From Callorhinchus milii (Eukaryota): DNA of 64,000 nt. The DNA is taken from assembly GCF_018977255.1 (NCBI RefSeq), contig NW_024704744.1, forward strand, positions 50,406,001-50,470,000. The letters run 5' to 3'. The first letter of the stretch is position 1. Each line of letters opens with the position of its first letter. The position numbers and the translations under genes were made by a program. The notes under the pieces were generated by a model. That model saw only the letters and a list, made by a program, of their open reading frames with translations, was not told the origin of the DNA and searched no databases. Below are positions 24,236 to 37,060 of the stretch, one piece after another.

Positions 24236-25056
24236 TTGACCTGATCAACATCCTTCTCCATGAGTAAAGATTATCACCTTTTACATAAAATAATGTTCTC
24301 AACTAATACCTTACTGAGTCCTGCGGAATCATGCATTTAAATACACGGGCGTTTCTTCAGAATGACTTGCAAAGACTACATCTGTAACAAATGCCAGATT
24401 TTGCCACTTGCAAACCACATTGTGAAAATGCCATGAAGAGAAAGGCATTTTCTTGACATCAAACATTTTCCAGACTTAAGCTGAACTTTTCCCATTGTGA
24501 AGGTCTGATAAGGGTTAAATGAGGATAAGCCCCATACTGTACTCTGTGGTCCCCGAAATCCCGGAGTGATCTTGGGGGAGCAGACCACCGTCAGCTCACT
24601 TACTTCACTTCAAAGCACTTGGGAGGCTGGGTTTGAATTATTGATCACTTACGTCAGGAAGCATTACAGCATTTCTTTCGACAGCCACAGAGCAAACATT
24701 TTCAATGCGTAGCAAATTAATTTAGATTTCTGCCAGAATATCTCCAGCATCTGCTGGAGACTGGCCGACTGCAATTCCATTTTTTGTGGAAAAAATATAT
24801 TGTACCCGAATTAGATATTCATCAAACACATTTGTTTGCTTTTGAAAAAAAATTGCCACTGGCTATGAATGTCAGATTCCTACCGCATTGCATTGATGCA
24901 GCATGTAATGAATTTGTGAAATATTAATGCGTTCATTGAATGGATATTTTGGTGTTGGTGGGAGATGTTGTGAAGGGTATTCTGAAGGCAGTAATTTTAA
25001 TATTTTTAATAATATTAAGCATTGTACAGTATGCGACAGAAATGGAGTCAGACTCC

Positions 25057-25125
25057 GCCACTGTTAAGCGCTCTGAGACGCTACTCTACGTGGGGGGGGC
25101 GCAGTATAAGTTCAAGTTGTTGTTG
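25057..25125 (+). mobile_element. L2-type 3' tail, second subfamily
   Basis: Matches 9720-9790. Confidence 0.7.
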
Positions 25126-25373
25126 AAATCACATTAGTTTTCCTATTAAAACCGATTGTAACATCAATTCAACATGATTTAAACGAAGTAACCACAGCGT
25201 TGCTTGGATACAAATCAGAGAAATATTGTTGAATTATAATTGTGAGCAGAGACCAAAAAGAAACATCCAACCAAACAAGCAGGTACGAAAGCGGTACGTA
25301 ATTGGCATTTGCTCTCAGAGTGGAAAGCTGTTCGTGAAAATGCCCGAGCGTGCAAAACAAAATACTGTTACTT

Positions 25374-25404
<31 letters not shown>

Positions 25405-25486
25405 AGGACTCTCACTGGAGAGCGGCGGCAGCGACAAAAGGCTTTTATTAAATAAAGGGTAATAATTCCTGCAGACGAATAAATTG

Positions 25487-25620
25487 GCAATTGGCTGCCA
25501 CGTTCCGCCCGCACGCGCGCAACACCGTCCAGCGCGTTCTGTGAAGCGCTTTGGGACGGCTCAGCAGTGCGATAAGGCGCCGCATCGAACGCAGGGATTA
25601 TTATTATTATTATTATTATT
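25487..25620 (+). mobile_element. SINE 3' relic at the CpG island edge, GC-shifted
   Basis: gcaattggctgccacgttc..ttctgtgaagcgctttgggac..ggattatt(att)n. Confidence 0.85.
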
Positions 25621-25953
25621 GCTTTCACTCAAAATAAAGCAGCAGCACGAGCCCCAGTGCCCAGCCACGTGCCACTGTGTCTGAGAGACACAGAGAGGGG
25701 GGGGGAGCCTCCGCGCATGCGCCGTGCCCGCCTTGAGTGCCGAGTGATGGCATGCCAGCCGGGCGGAATGTGCGCACGCGCACTCTCTCTCTCTGTGTGT
25801 GTGTGCGCTCTCTCTGTCTGTATTCCCTCGTTGGGGGGGGGGGGAGCGTCGGAGTGACGGGTTGGGCGCAGGCGCACTGTGGCGCCGGTGGTGGCTGGTG
25901 GTGGCGGCGGTGGTGGTGGTGGTGGCGAGGCTCGTGAGGGCTCTCTCGGTGAC

Positions 25954-26024
25954 GCGCTCGCTCGCTCGCTCGCTGGCTGGCGCGCGCGCGCGCTGGCTGG
26001 CTGGCGCTCGCTCGCTCGCTCGCT
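25954..26024. repeat. (GCTC)n-(GCTG)n-(CG)6-(GCTG)n-(GCTC)n compound repeat
   Basis: Read directly; (CG)6 at 25981-25992. Confidence 0.9.
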
Positions 26025-26128
26025 CCGGCCCGGAGTCCGTCGCGAGCGCGTGCGTCAGAGGGGACGTCAGCGACCGAATGTCAACAAAGAATGAGCGCGG
26101 CCGCGCGGCGCGTCACTCAGTCAGTGAG

Positions 26129-26485
26129 TGAGAGAGAGAGAGAGAGAGGGGGAGAGAGAGAGAGAGAGAGCAGCACATGAACACAGCGCTGGACCAGAGG
26201 CTCCACCAAAAGCACTGCACCTCCACGTTGTGAAGAGAGCCGAGCGCACTGCAAAACATAACTCAAAATAGCACGCTCTGTGCAACGCACACACCCCCCC
26301 CCCTTCTCCCCACCCACCCACCCCCCCCTCTCCTCCCTCCCTCCCATCTCCTCCCTCTATACCCGCAACCACTCACACACACACACACACTCTCTCTCTC
26401 GTGTGTGCACACACTCATTCACTCGCACATTTCATGTACACACACACACTCCACTCACTCCCTCACTCACACACACACACACACG
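26129..26485. repeat. Microsatellite cluster: (GA)n, C-rich tract, (CA)n/(CT)n
   Basis: (ag)n 26131-26170, pyrimidine tract 26293-26357, (ca)n 26374-26389 and 26469-26484. Confidence 0.9.
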
Positions 26486-27330
26486 GAGTCAAAACAACAG
26501 TCAGCCGTCCTGCTCGGCTCGGCTCGGCATTGCCTCCGTGTCGGGTGACCCGGGGCTCGATTGGCATATGTTCCCTTTGGCCGCACGGAATCATGAGGCG
26601 CTCGTCGTGAACTTGGAGACGGCTCGGAAATAATCGAAAGTTGCCCGGGGGGGTGGGGTAAGGAGGATGCAATTTGTTTATTTTGTTTATTTTTTTTCGG
26701 AGGGGGGGAAAACAAAAAAAAAAAGGGAGGGGGTTGTGAATGACCCCTGTGATCCCGCTGCTACTGTGATGTGATTTGCTGGGAAAAAGGGGAGGCAGAG
26801 TGTCCGGGCTGACGGTCGGGGTTTGCTGGGGTGGAGCTGTGTGTGTGTGTGTGTGTGTGGGGGGTCTCGAGCTGTCACGGTTTGTGCGGAGACGCTTTGC
26901 GGGAACGGGCACTCTCACTCAGTCCGGACCCGAGGCCTGGACCGACCGAACAGAAATAAACAGCAGCCAAAGAGGCAGAGCTGCGGCCCCTCTGATCCGA
27001 TCCGCACGGCATCCTCCAGCGGCTCCGAGGCACATTCCTGCACGGATCCGCTGGTGTTGTGCGTGTGCGTGTGTTGTGTTTTTTTTTCCGCGGTGGTTTG
27101 TTTAGCAGCCGATCGTCCGCGGCGCCGGTGCGTGGAACAGGACTGTGAACATGCAGGGATCCCCCCCCCCCCCCTCACACACACACACACACACATGTTT
27201 TTGGCGTGCACTTTGCTTGGGAAGAGCACCGGCTGTGCAGCAGATTATTTGTGCAGTTGCAAACTGTTGTGGATTTGCATGCCTTTCACCTGCTTTACTG
27301 AACGATCAACCTGGGGTGTGAAAATAGGTA

Positions 27331-27331
<1 letters not shown>

Positions 27332-27362
<31 letters not shown>
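27332..27362. repeat. (AAT)n microsatellite, probably a minus-strand SINE tail relic
   Basis: (taa)n followed by cgcatttgata, like the reverse of the SINE tail. Confidence 0.7.
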
Positions 27363-27363
<1 letters not shown>

Positions 27364-30300
27364 TCGCATTTGATATTACATGCAAAACGTGCAAAAATGA
27401 AACACATCACACCGCACGCGTGACAGAGCGGAGAGGGTCTGCGCGGTGGTACACATACATTGATTGGTTTTTTGTTTTCCCCGCAAAGTCCCCCCACACC
27501 CGCAGCGCCCGTCACAGAGAGGTCCGTTCGTGGGCGACGAGATCCGAATCGGATGCGATAGGGGGGGACTCGCGGGACTCGCGGGGCGCACACACCGCCC
27601 GCGCGGGGATTTGTCAGCGAGTCGGGAATTCACTCCGTTTGGAGCGATCCCATCGGGTACTGCAAAAAAAAAAGGCTCTGACACACAGCCGCAGTCCGGT
27701 CTTGTCGGGCGGTGTGTGTGTGTGCGAGAGCCACTGAAGTTCATGTCGGATGGCGCTCCTGGTTAGACATCCTCTTACTGTGCAGCCGCAGCCCAGGTCC
27801 CCGTCCTGGGCAGATCTGGAGCAGATTTATGTGTATATATATATATATTATTATTATTTTTTGCGGCTCTCTATAACGCGGGGCACTGCTTTCCCGCATT
27901 GTGCGCTGCGCCGCAGGGGACGGGATGTGGGCACAGACCAGGGGAGCGGTGCCATCGGGGAGGCCATTCCTCGTTTGGGCAGCGAGGGCGACCCTGCTTC
28001 CAGGAGCATCCATCGCTCGTCGCTGTTCCTCGGGGAACGGATGAGCAACGTTTCAGGCGCTGCACCTGGAGTCGGGTGGGAGCTGCTGCTGTTTGCTGCT
28101 GCTTTTTCAGACCCCCCCCCCCCCTGTGCAAGTCTTCATATTAGGAATTGCCATCACTCCCCTCTCTCCTCCCCCACTGCTCCCCCCCCCCCCCCCAGGT
28201 GCCATGTCAGGTTACCCCGTCCTCAGTGGGTTACAATGGGAAAGTTTAGTTTACATTTCAATGCAATTTGTGCTCCCAAAATTGTGACATCTCAGAAGTA
28301 AGGTGTCAGCGGTGTGGGGTGAGGAGGGGGCGGCAGAGCAGGCGTGGGTTTGGCCAGTGTTTGGCTTCCTGCGAGGTCTTGGCCAAAGCTTCTGCAATAA
28401 GCATCCGATAAATTGCCTTCTCAAGAGCCGCACACTCTGCCCAAGACAAGGATGGAGTAAGGGTTCAACGAGAAGGGTTTAAATTCCAGAAGGCATCAGC
28501 ATTGCGTTGCAAAGAATTAAACTTCTCAGGGAATAAATACTGACGCCAATTGACAATGTTTTCCATTGAGACAACACAATTCACAGACACATATATCTGC
28601 AGATGGCTTCATACCCTGCGTCAGCAACAGTGCTATCATGTTTGATAAGTAATACTTCTCTTAGGCAATTCAGTGATACAATTTTTACCGTGAAGCTCAA
28701 GGGAGACTGTAAAGGAATGTGAATGAGTTCATCAAAACATTAAGAAAATTAGCTTCAAACTTGCACCAAACTTTGTCAAATTTTAGCTTCGAGGTTGAGA
28801 GGAATGTAAGTGAATTCGAAATGAGTTTCAATTGCTAATGTGTTACAGATTATTAATATTTTTAGAATAAATACCGAAACATCAATCAAAACATCAATTA
28901 ATTAACCCATTTCAGTTAGGAATCCCAAATCATTCTTTCAGACCTAACAGATGTGAAGTATGATCTCTACGTCATCATTGTCATTAATTTGACAGCATTC
29001 ATTTATGATAAAAAGAAAGCAGTAGGGGAATGGCTTATTATGCTTAATTTTAACATGTATTTTTACAGCTTCAGAGTCCAAGAAAGAAATTGTGTCTTTG
29101 GGTGAATACGGTTTGTGAAGCATCTGATTGATGTACATAACATAATAATAATCCTTGCATTTGTGCTTGATGGTTATGTATTATAGCTGCAAATCATTTT
29201 TAAAATCTCTGAACATAAAACAAACAAATGCAAAGTAAATAAATAGAGGATGTGCGGCTAGATTCAGCAACATTAACAGTGAAGAAAATTCCAAGCACTC
29301 CTGAGCACAGATGATGCCTACAAATAATCTACAACTCCTTCTATTTGAGGACTGGCAAGCACTGTTTTTCTAGGTGTTTACTGTTCTGCAGTTTTGTGTA
29401 TATTTTATGGAAAGGTTACAAATAGTTTGAAGTTGCTCTCATTACACTTTCCCACAGGGTTTGGTTTTTTTTTCTGACAGCATCCTACAGATTTGTGTAA
29501 CAAGCCAACGTAAAACATGCTCGCTTTCTCCGTGTGATAACATCACTGTAATACGGTACCAATAAATTAGCAAAGGAGTATTGCTTTTACATTGTGTAAT
29601 TTGTATCGTTTAATCCGTGATTGAACTAAATATAACATTGTTTCATATTTAAAATGATAAATAGTGGACCTATATTTTACACACCTTTTGATTGTCAAGT
29701 AAAACTAATAATTCCTTCAAACATTCTGTTTGCGACACTTTATTCTTATTTTGAACACACTTTATATTTATGAAGTGGGAAACATGCCAAAACAGGAAGG
29801 AGTTGTAGGACTGAGCAGTTACAATGTTAACATGTATTCTGCAAGGTTTCTTTTCTCAGATTATGATGTAGCTTGGCTGTGTTGATACACTTGTCAGGTA
29901 TATTTTTGCAAAGTATTTTTAGTTGTACAGTTACTTTCTTGGGTGAAGGAAAATAGCTGATTCAATAGAAAATTCAAACAGGTTTTAATAGCTCAATCTG
30001 CAATTAACTCACACAATTGAGTGCATAAAATGTCAACAATCAGCAATTGTACAGCAGTGAAGTTTGCATTTGTATTGTTTACTAATCTGTGGTTTTAAAG
30101 TTAACAGAAAGCCGTAATAAAAACGACCTGCTCGCTGCTGGCAGAGGTGCGGCTTTGCTGTGTGAATGTGATTTGCATGCTGTGTGGAGCAGGTCAGAGT
30201 GTGCACTTGAGATCGTTGTCAGCGCTTTAAGCAGGAATGTACGTGTGCTGCTGTCTCACCTGCATCTGACTCAGCAGCAACACAGCCAATTTGTGGTGTG

Positions 30301-31289
30301 ACACAGTCAGTCGCTCCCTTATCCCAGCCGCTACAAACGTGAACGATAAATTACTGTGACCAGTCAGTGATTGCTGTCAGAGGTACCAAATCCATCTGAA
30401 TAAGGACAGTGATACAATGCCATTAGGTTGGAACAGGAATGATTTCATGTTACATTGTCCTTTGCAGATGGGCCACAGACGGGAAATAGCCGTTGTTTTT
30501 AGTGTTTTGATCATTAGAGCATTTGGTTTAGATTGTCACGTTGTTGCTGGTGTTCTGGTTATCACATTGTCAGTAGTTGGTTTAGATTTTTGCATTGGTA
30601 TTGGTTTTGACATTGTTGTCAGTCTTCTGTTTGGATTTTTACATTTTTTCTTTCTGAATAAGAGCATTTTAATAGTAATATCACAGTTGGTGTCCAGTAT
30701 ACCTAGTATATGGCTTTGGACCCGTAAAACATCAGTGGGGTGGCATCTTGCAAGCTACTGTGCAAAAAACTCACCACTAGGCTGCAAACACTTGATGAGG
30801 ATACTGTGATGACTATTTAAAGGTGTATCCTAGAATATGGATTTATGAGCTAGGAAGAAGGGGACTTTGAGGATATTGACTGAAGCCAGAAGACCAAGCA
30901 ATATTGGGAGAAGGTTCAATAAAATGGGGCATACTGGCTAAATCTTGGGCAAAAGGGGTTGAGGGATGAGTAGTACTTATAATATAATTCTTGCATTTTA
31001 TATAGCACCTTAATATATCATTGAGCCATCTCAAAGTCAATCAGAGGATTTTACTATGAAGTATAGTGAATGCATATTTGTAGGCAAATGCAGCAAATGA
31101 CCATGCCTTTGGTCATTTCCCCCCTCCCACTTATCAACTGAACCAGGCTGAAATAGTAGACTTGAGTGGAAGGATGGGCAGAGGATATTAAAGAGGTAGA
31201 CTGGGCAAAAACACAAAGGGAAATGAGGATGAGGGATCTTGAAGTCAATTTTCCCAGGTTTGAGTTTGCTATGTTAATTTTCATTCAAA

Positions 31290-31808
31290 GTATCAGCCTT
31301 GCTCAGTTGATAACACTCTCACCTCTGAGTTAGAAGATTCTGGTGACATTGGGACTTTCAACTGATAGTCGAAGCTGACATCCCATTGCAGTGCTGGTGG
31401 TGTTTTGCATTGTCAGAAGTGTCATTCTTTTGAAGTATCGCCCTTTAGATGAGATGTTAAACCAAGGTCACATCCGCTTGTTCAAGTGGACATTAAAAAT
31501 CCCGTGGCATTACTCAAAAAGAGAAGGGAGATTTCTTGGTGTCCTGAGTAGTCTCTGTGTCCTGACTAACAACTCTCCAGATAAAATTGATTACTGTTTA
31601 TGAGACAATGCTGTGCGCAAATTGACTTGCTATGTTCACCTACAAGAAGACGTAAAAAGTGCTAATTCAAATGCAAGGATTATTATTATATAGAATATAA
31701 ACTCTTGAATGGATTTATTATTGTATTACACAATCAAATTCTGTGAAGCACATTGAGATGTCTCTGATGCGATAAGATGCTATATCAAATGAAAGTATTA
31801 TTATTATT
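31290..31808 (+). mobile_element. Deu-domain SINE followed by two tail copies
   Basis: Head gctcagttgataacactctc..; body gatgagatgttaaaccaagg..aaaaatcccgtggcattac; tails ending ~31688 and ~31808. Confidence 0.8.
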
Positions 31809-34219
31809 TAGACACAGCCACACAGATACATACATATACACACCAACATCCAAACTGGAACTAGTCACTTGTAACATGGGTTAGCGTTGCTGCTGGTGCT
31901 ATAAAAAGTAAATGATAGTCTCCTCGCCACAAAGAAAGATGATTGTAGAGAACGAAGTAGGAGGAGGTCGTAGGTGATTTCTGGTTTCCGCCACTTATTA
32001 ACCAATGGGTGACTCATCAGCATTGTTGTTACTGATAACATTTTGATGAAACATTCAGATGCATCCCATCAGTTGCTGGTGAAAGGTCGGAAAATATTAG
32101 GCAGGATGCTGTCAATCAGATAAACTCTTGATGGGGATCAGATAATCTTTCTGATTCACACATTCACTGCTTTCAGGGGCAACCAAGACACTGCAAATTT
32201 GTTTGATTTTAAATGAGAATGACCTTGCTGTTTTCACAAATGAGCAATGCTAAAATTAGCATCAGGTTTCATAGTTGCTTGCATTAAAATGATTTGAACG
32301 TCCTTTTTTGTGTGGAAACTCAGTGGAAAAATTAGCCATTCACCCACTGAATTGTGAAGGGGTAGATTCAGCACCCAGCCTGTGCATTGTGTTACGCATT
32401 TTCCCCAGTGACTCATTGCCACAACGACCCCGTCTTGTTGTATGAAGCTATAATTAAGCCTCTTCCTGCCTTGGTGAAATATGGCAAATGCTTTTAACCT
32501 AAGAATAAACAAGGCTTGCTCCTTCCACAGATCATGTACAATCTCCCTTATAGTATACTGTTGTGCACCTATTTAATCCTAGGAAATATTCTGTTAAATG
32601 TTCCCTGGTTCCCAATATCGCACACTTGTCAGGAAATTTACTGAACTTTGGCAGTATGTAAGTACAGTGGGATTTCCCAATATAAACATACTCTATCAAA
32701 GATTGGTCAGTGTACTGAAAGAGAAAATAATCCCTTGAATAATCCCCTCAACGTCCATTTCCTCCATCTGACCTTGATCAGGTTTGAATAGTTGATTCTC
32801 CCCACCACTTCCCTCCTTTCTAGCGATGAAGAACATTTGCATCCTGAGTTTTTGACAGACCTTAAAATTTTAGACAAAAACAGAGATCAGTTAAATGAAA
32901 TGTTCTAATCCACTTGCTGTGATGGTCAGTAAGCTTTTTTTCCCCCCATCTCATAGGCCTTTATTGTGTAAATATTGAGATAAGTACTCAGGAGCTCATT
33001 GACTCATTATTAAGGAATTAATATGTTCATTCCCTATGCATCTACATCCAGTCACAATTATAGATTAACATTAGATCATTAGACAGTTGCAGCTAATTTG
33101 CCAAGAATTTTGCACTGCATTAGGAATTTGTATTAAGTACTTTTATTATGGTCCATAATTCATCAGTTATGTAGTTCAAACTTTATATACACAAAGGAAA
33201 GACATTGCAAGTAGAGTCCATACAGTATTATTTCTATCTCATGGGAATATATTTCAGCAATAGAGTGAAATGCATTACTAATAGAAGAGCTGGAATTAGT
33301 CCTTGAATGGGTGGATGGATGTAGGAAGTCTGCATGGATGAAACGGGAGAAGAGAGTTTTAGCACATAAAGGGGAAAAACAAGGATATGACTGAATAGTC
33401 TTGGGACAATCACAGTTACCTGCATGAGGTATTTAACAAGCAGCTTTTATTGAAGGCAATGAATTACACAAAATAAAAAAACGTATTTTGCTGTATTGTC
33501 CAGATTTTTTTTCAAAAACTAAAAAGAAGGTTTGGATGAATCTATTTTACATCCAGATCTTTCACAGGTCTGGAAACTGCTCAATGGTACAGGTACACAT
33601 ACATCTTCATTAATAAGTTCTGTAGCATATGATACAATTACAGTTTGGGTCTCGGACGTTCTCTTTGTTACTTAGTTGACAAAACAGAAAGGCTTTTACT
33701 TGCTATGTACCTTCAAATCTTCCTACTTTTAATGCTGCATTGGGCTGTTTTGGTTTGACTGCTGGTCAGCACAGTCATTTTGACAGTGCGGTCATTTTCA
33801 GATCATTTGGGCTGAAAAAGTGCTCGGCAGGAGAAAAGCAGCACAAAGGGCACCTTGACTTGAGAAAAGCATCCCAATGTGTAAAAGTGTGTCCCCGCCA
33901 TGTAACCCCAGATATATGTCATGCTGACTTGCAAACTCTTAGCTCTGAGGCTTGCTTGTTAACATTTAAGAATATTTATTTTATTATTTTTATTGGGGGT
34001 TTGGGGGGAGGAGGGAAATTGATGAAGTATTCTGGTCTGATAAAGAAATTATTTTCCCATCCCTCCCAAAAATAAAAAAAATCACATTTACTTCCCCTCC
34101 CTCTGAATGAACTGATTTTTTCTAGTGTACAGCTCAATGCGTGCTTGTCCAACTCTACGAACTTTGCAGGTGGACATGTAAATTCCAACTTTACCTGTCT
34201 TCACTATACATAAGTACAT

Positions 34220-34600
34220 ACCCTACATTTGGTTTAGTGCCCTTCATGTCAGAAAGACATCTCAAAGCTCTTTACAGGATTTACTGCAAAGATACTGGTT
34301 GTTTGTAGGCAAAGGTGACAGCCTAATTGGCAGTGTCAATGTCCCACAAGCAGCAATGAAATAGATGACCAATTTAATTTAATTTGGGGAAATTGTTGGC
34401 CAGGACACAGGGAGAAACTCCCTTCTCTTTTTGAGTAGTGCCATGGGATCTTTAATCCTAAAGGTTTATCCAAAGGACGGCACTTCTGACAATGAAGCAC
34501 ATCCCCAGCACTGTATTATATTGTCAGCATGGACTATGAGTTCAAGTCCTGATGAGCCCACAGTCTTCTGAATTAGAGTTGAGAGTGCTACCAGGCTGAT
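34220..34600 (-). mobile_element. Deu-domain SINE
   Basis: ttggccaggacacagggagaaactcccttctctttt..agtgccatgggatcttta..aaggacggcacttctgacaatg. Confidence 0.85.
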
Positions 34601-36139
34601 ATATTTATAATAATAATCCTTGCATTTGATAAAGCGCCTGCTACATATCTGCAATTTATGTCCATAGATCAGCATGTATGGGAAGGGAAATCATTGAATG
34701 CATTGTAGTTTCATGCTTTAACCAGAGTGTGTTTGTCGGAAGTCATCTGCATTTTGTTGATGGCACAATGAATCCATCAATTTTCAGGAAGACGTTTAGA
34801 GGCTGGAGGTAGAATCTGAGTAAATTAAGTCTCTGTGGGAAAACTCTAGTGCTGGCAAGTACTGATGTTGTACTCCAGACTGAGTGGAGCTGGAAGCGGC
34901 ATAGATTGAATTTGGACCACACCTCTATCTAGGTGTTTCAACCTTTTAAACCGGTTGACTTGGATGCCTGTTTCTGAGCTGTCTTTTAGAAAGATGTTGG
35001 AGAGTAAAGTTTTGTACATTTATAACAACATTTTGGCTATTTGGAGTCAGATATTGGGGGATAGGAAAGATGTTTCACTGACATTCATAGTTCTGAATGA
35101 ACTTTAATGATGATCGCTGTCATAATTTTCCACTGGTGGAATTTGTTGGTGATTAAAAGAACACTTGCTAATTCAAACTATTATCCTTTAATAAGAATGA
35201 ATGTTTACTTTACTAGTAACTCTTTTAAGGATTCCAAGACATAAAAAGGTTGCATTTTTATTGTGCATCAAAATGTTTCACAAGTTTTTTACAGTAATTA
35301 CTGTCAAGTGCAGTGACTGTTTTGTGTAGTCAAACAGTACTGTACAGAGTTCATTTTAGGAGCTTTGCCAATTATTTACCTGGAAATGTAAATCAAAAGA
35401 ACACAAGCGAAGGAACAGAAATTGGAGAGGTTCCACAACTACTTAGTCAGAGACATTCCGGAGCCCTGAATGAAGAGATGATGATTTTGGGGTTTCGTTT
35501 AACAGAATGAATATGGAGGCTTTGTTTCCCTCCCTCCTCCCAGTATCCTCGCAAAATTGTTGGCAAAAACTGGGAGGTGGTGCCATGGGTTGTTTGGTAT
35601 CCATCTGTATAGGCACCGGAGGACTTGGCCAAGTGATGGAACCTCCAATACTGTGTATTAGGCAGTGAACACTATCAATCAGATAAATTCCTGATGTAGA
35701 CCAGATAATCTTTCTGATAAGCTTTCAAGTGTAGTTTTGTTTGATTTTAAATGACAGTGAACTCACTTTTCTTAATGCCAGCCTGGACTGAGTTCAGATC
35801 CCACTTTTGTAGTGTTGTTCTGGAGGCCAGAAATGCAGAATGAAAGAGGAAGCACTGCTGCATTTTGCTGCTCCTTTATCTTTCACTACCGTCGGAAGCC
35901 CCACACTGTCATTCCTTTCAATTTAAGCTAAACATTACATCTTGGACCAGGGAAGCTTGCAGTGTAAGTTACTGAAGGGGCTTCAGTGCAGCCTCTTTGG
36001 ATCAGGACCTATTTCTGGACACATTTCATATATGAGGAAGAAGACAATAGAGGGATATAGAAGGAGCGCGGACTCTTGTGGAGTGCAAATACCAGTGCAG
36101 TGATTAAGTCAAATTACCTTTTCCCATGCCATATCACTC

Positions 36140-36485
36140 TTAGTTAATAGTACTCTCACGTCTAAGTAAGAGGATGTGGATTCAAGGATTCTGAACTTGT
36201 ATTGTCTAGTCTGGCACTACAGTAGGAGTGCTGGGAATGTGCCGCATTGTCAGAGGCACCGTCCTTCGGATGTCCAGTTTGCCTGTCCAGATGAACGTTA
36301 AAGTTCCCATGACATTATTTGGAAAGAGAAGGGAGATTCTTCAGGTGTCCTGACCCACAAAACCCCAAAGTATAATTGGCCATTCACACCTGCATTCACG
36401 CACAAAATACATATAATCACACCACTTTACACTGTATCCTGTGAAGCGCTTTGAGAACCTCTCGATGTCGTGATAAAATGCGATA
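36140..36485 (+). mobile_element. Deu-domain SINE
   Basis: gcattgtcagaggcaccgtccttcggatg..gttaaagttcccatgacattattt; tail. Confidence 0.85.
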
Positions 36486-36949
36486 ATCATCAGCTCAGGT
36501 CAATATATTTCCAAATTTCAGGACCATGCTCTAGAACATTTGCAGTAAATTGTTACTCCAGAAGTCCTTTTGAAAAGAAATGTAGATGACTTTCTTTTCA
36601 CATATTGGGTTTGTGAACCTTGTAAATAGTACAGGATATACTGTAGTTTTAAATTCTTTTGTGTGATGTAACTCATGGAGGTTAGAGCAAAGCCTGATGT
36701 GTTGGAATGCCAACAAAGATTTGGTTTACTATCTTCTTGGATTTGCACTTAGTTGAGTATATGCATAGATACAATGCAAGCCCTTTTCAAATACTATGTT
36801 TAAATTATTATCTCAAGATGCCTGAAGGAAGGAATTTTCCCTGGCACTGGAAGTGTTATTCTGAGATGAGGAAATTCAGATTACAAGTCCCTGGCCAGTT
36901 GAAGCGTATTGCAGATCTGTGCTTTCACACAAAACAGTTGTCCACACAA

Positions 36950-37060
36950 CGACAACAAATTGCATTTGTATAGCGTCTTTCACATCAGCATGATGTATGT
37001 CTCAAAGCGATGGACAGTCAGGGATCCGCACCCGAGCTGGTGATAGGGAGTCAATAGAGC
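36950..37060 (-). mobile_element. L2 3' tail
   Basis: acaacaaattgcatttgtatagcgtctttcac. Confidence 0.7.

Larger units (their letters stand above)
25480..28430 (+). promoter_or_regulatory. CpG island / probable promoter and non-coding first exon(s) of an unidentified gene
   Basis: Dense CpG and GC against a CpG-depleted background; NRF1 palindrome gcgcatgcgc 25713-25722 and gcgcaggcgca 25866-25876; E-box cacgtg 25666-25671; gacgtca 26063-26069; (ggt/ggc)n leader 25887-25926; + donors tca|gtgagt 26124 and ggg|gtaagg 26658. Strand is inferred. Confidence 0.85.

Noticed and set aside
26823-27737. 304-aa ORF and other overlapping ORFs in the CpG island
   Set aside because: They read through microsatellites (CVCV, THTH, poly-N), have no recognisable domain, and long ORFs are expected in GC-rich DNA.
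30417-30809. 130-aa hydrophobic ORF resembling a membrane protein
   Set aside because: Hydrophobicity follows from T/G-rich low-complexity sequence; no family motif.
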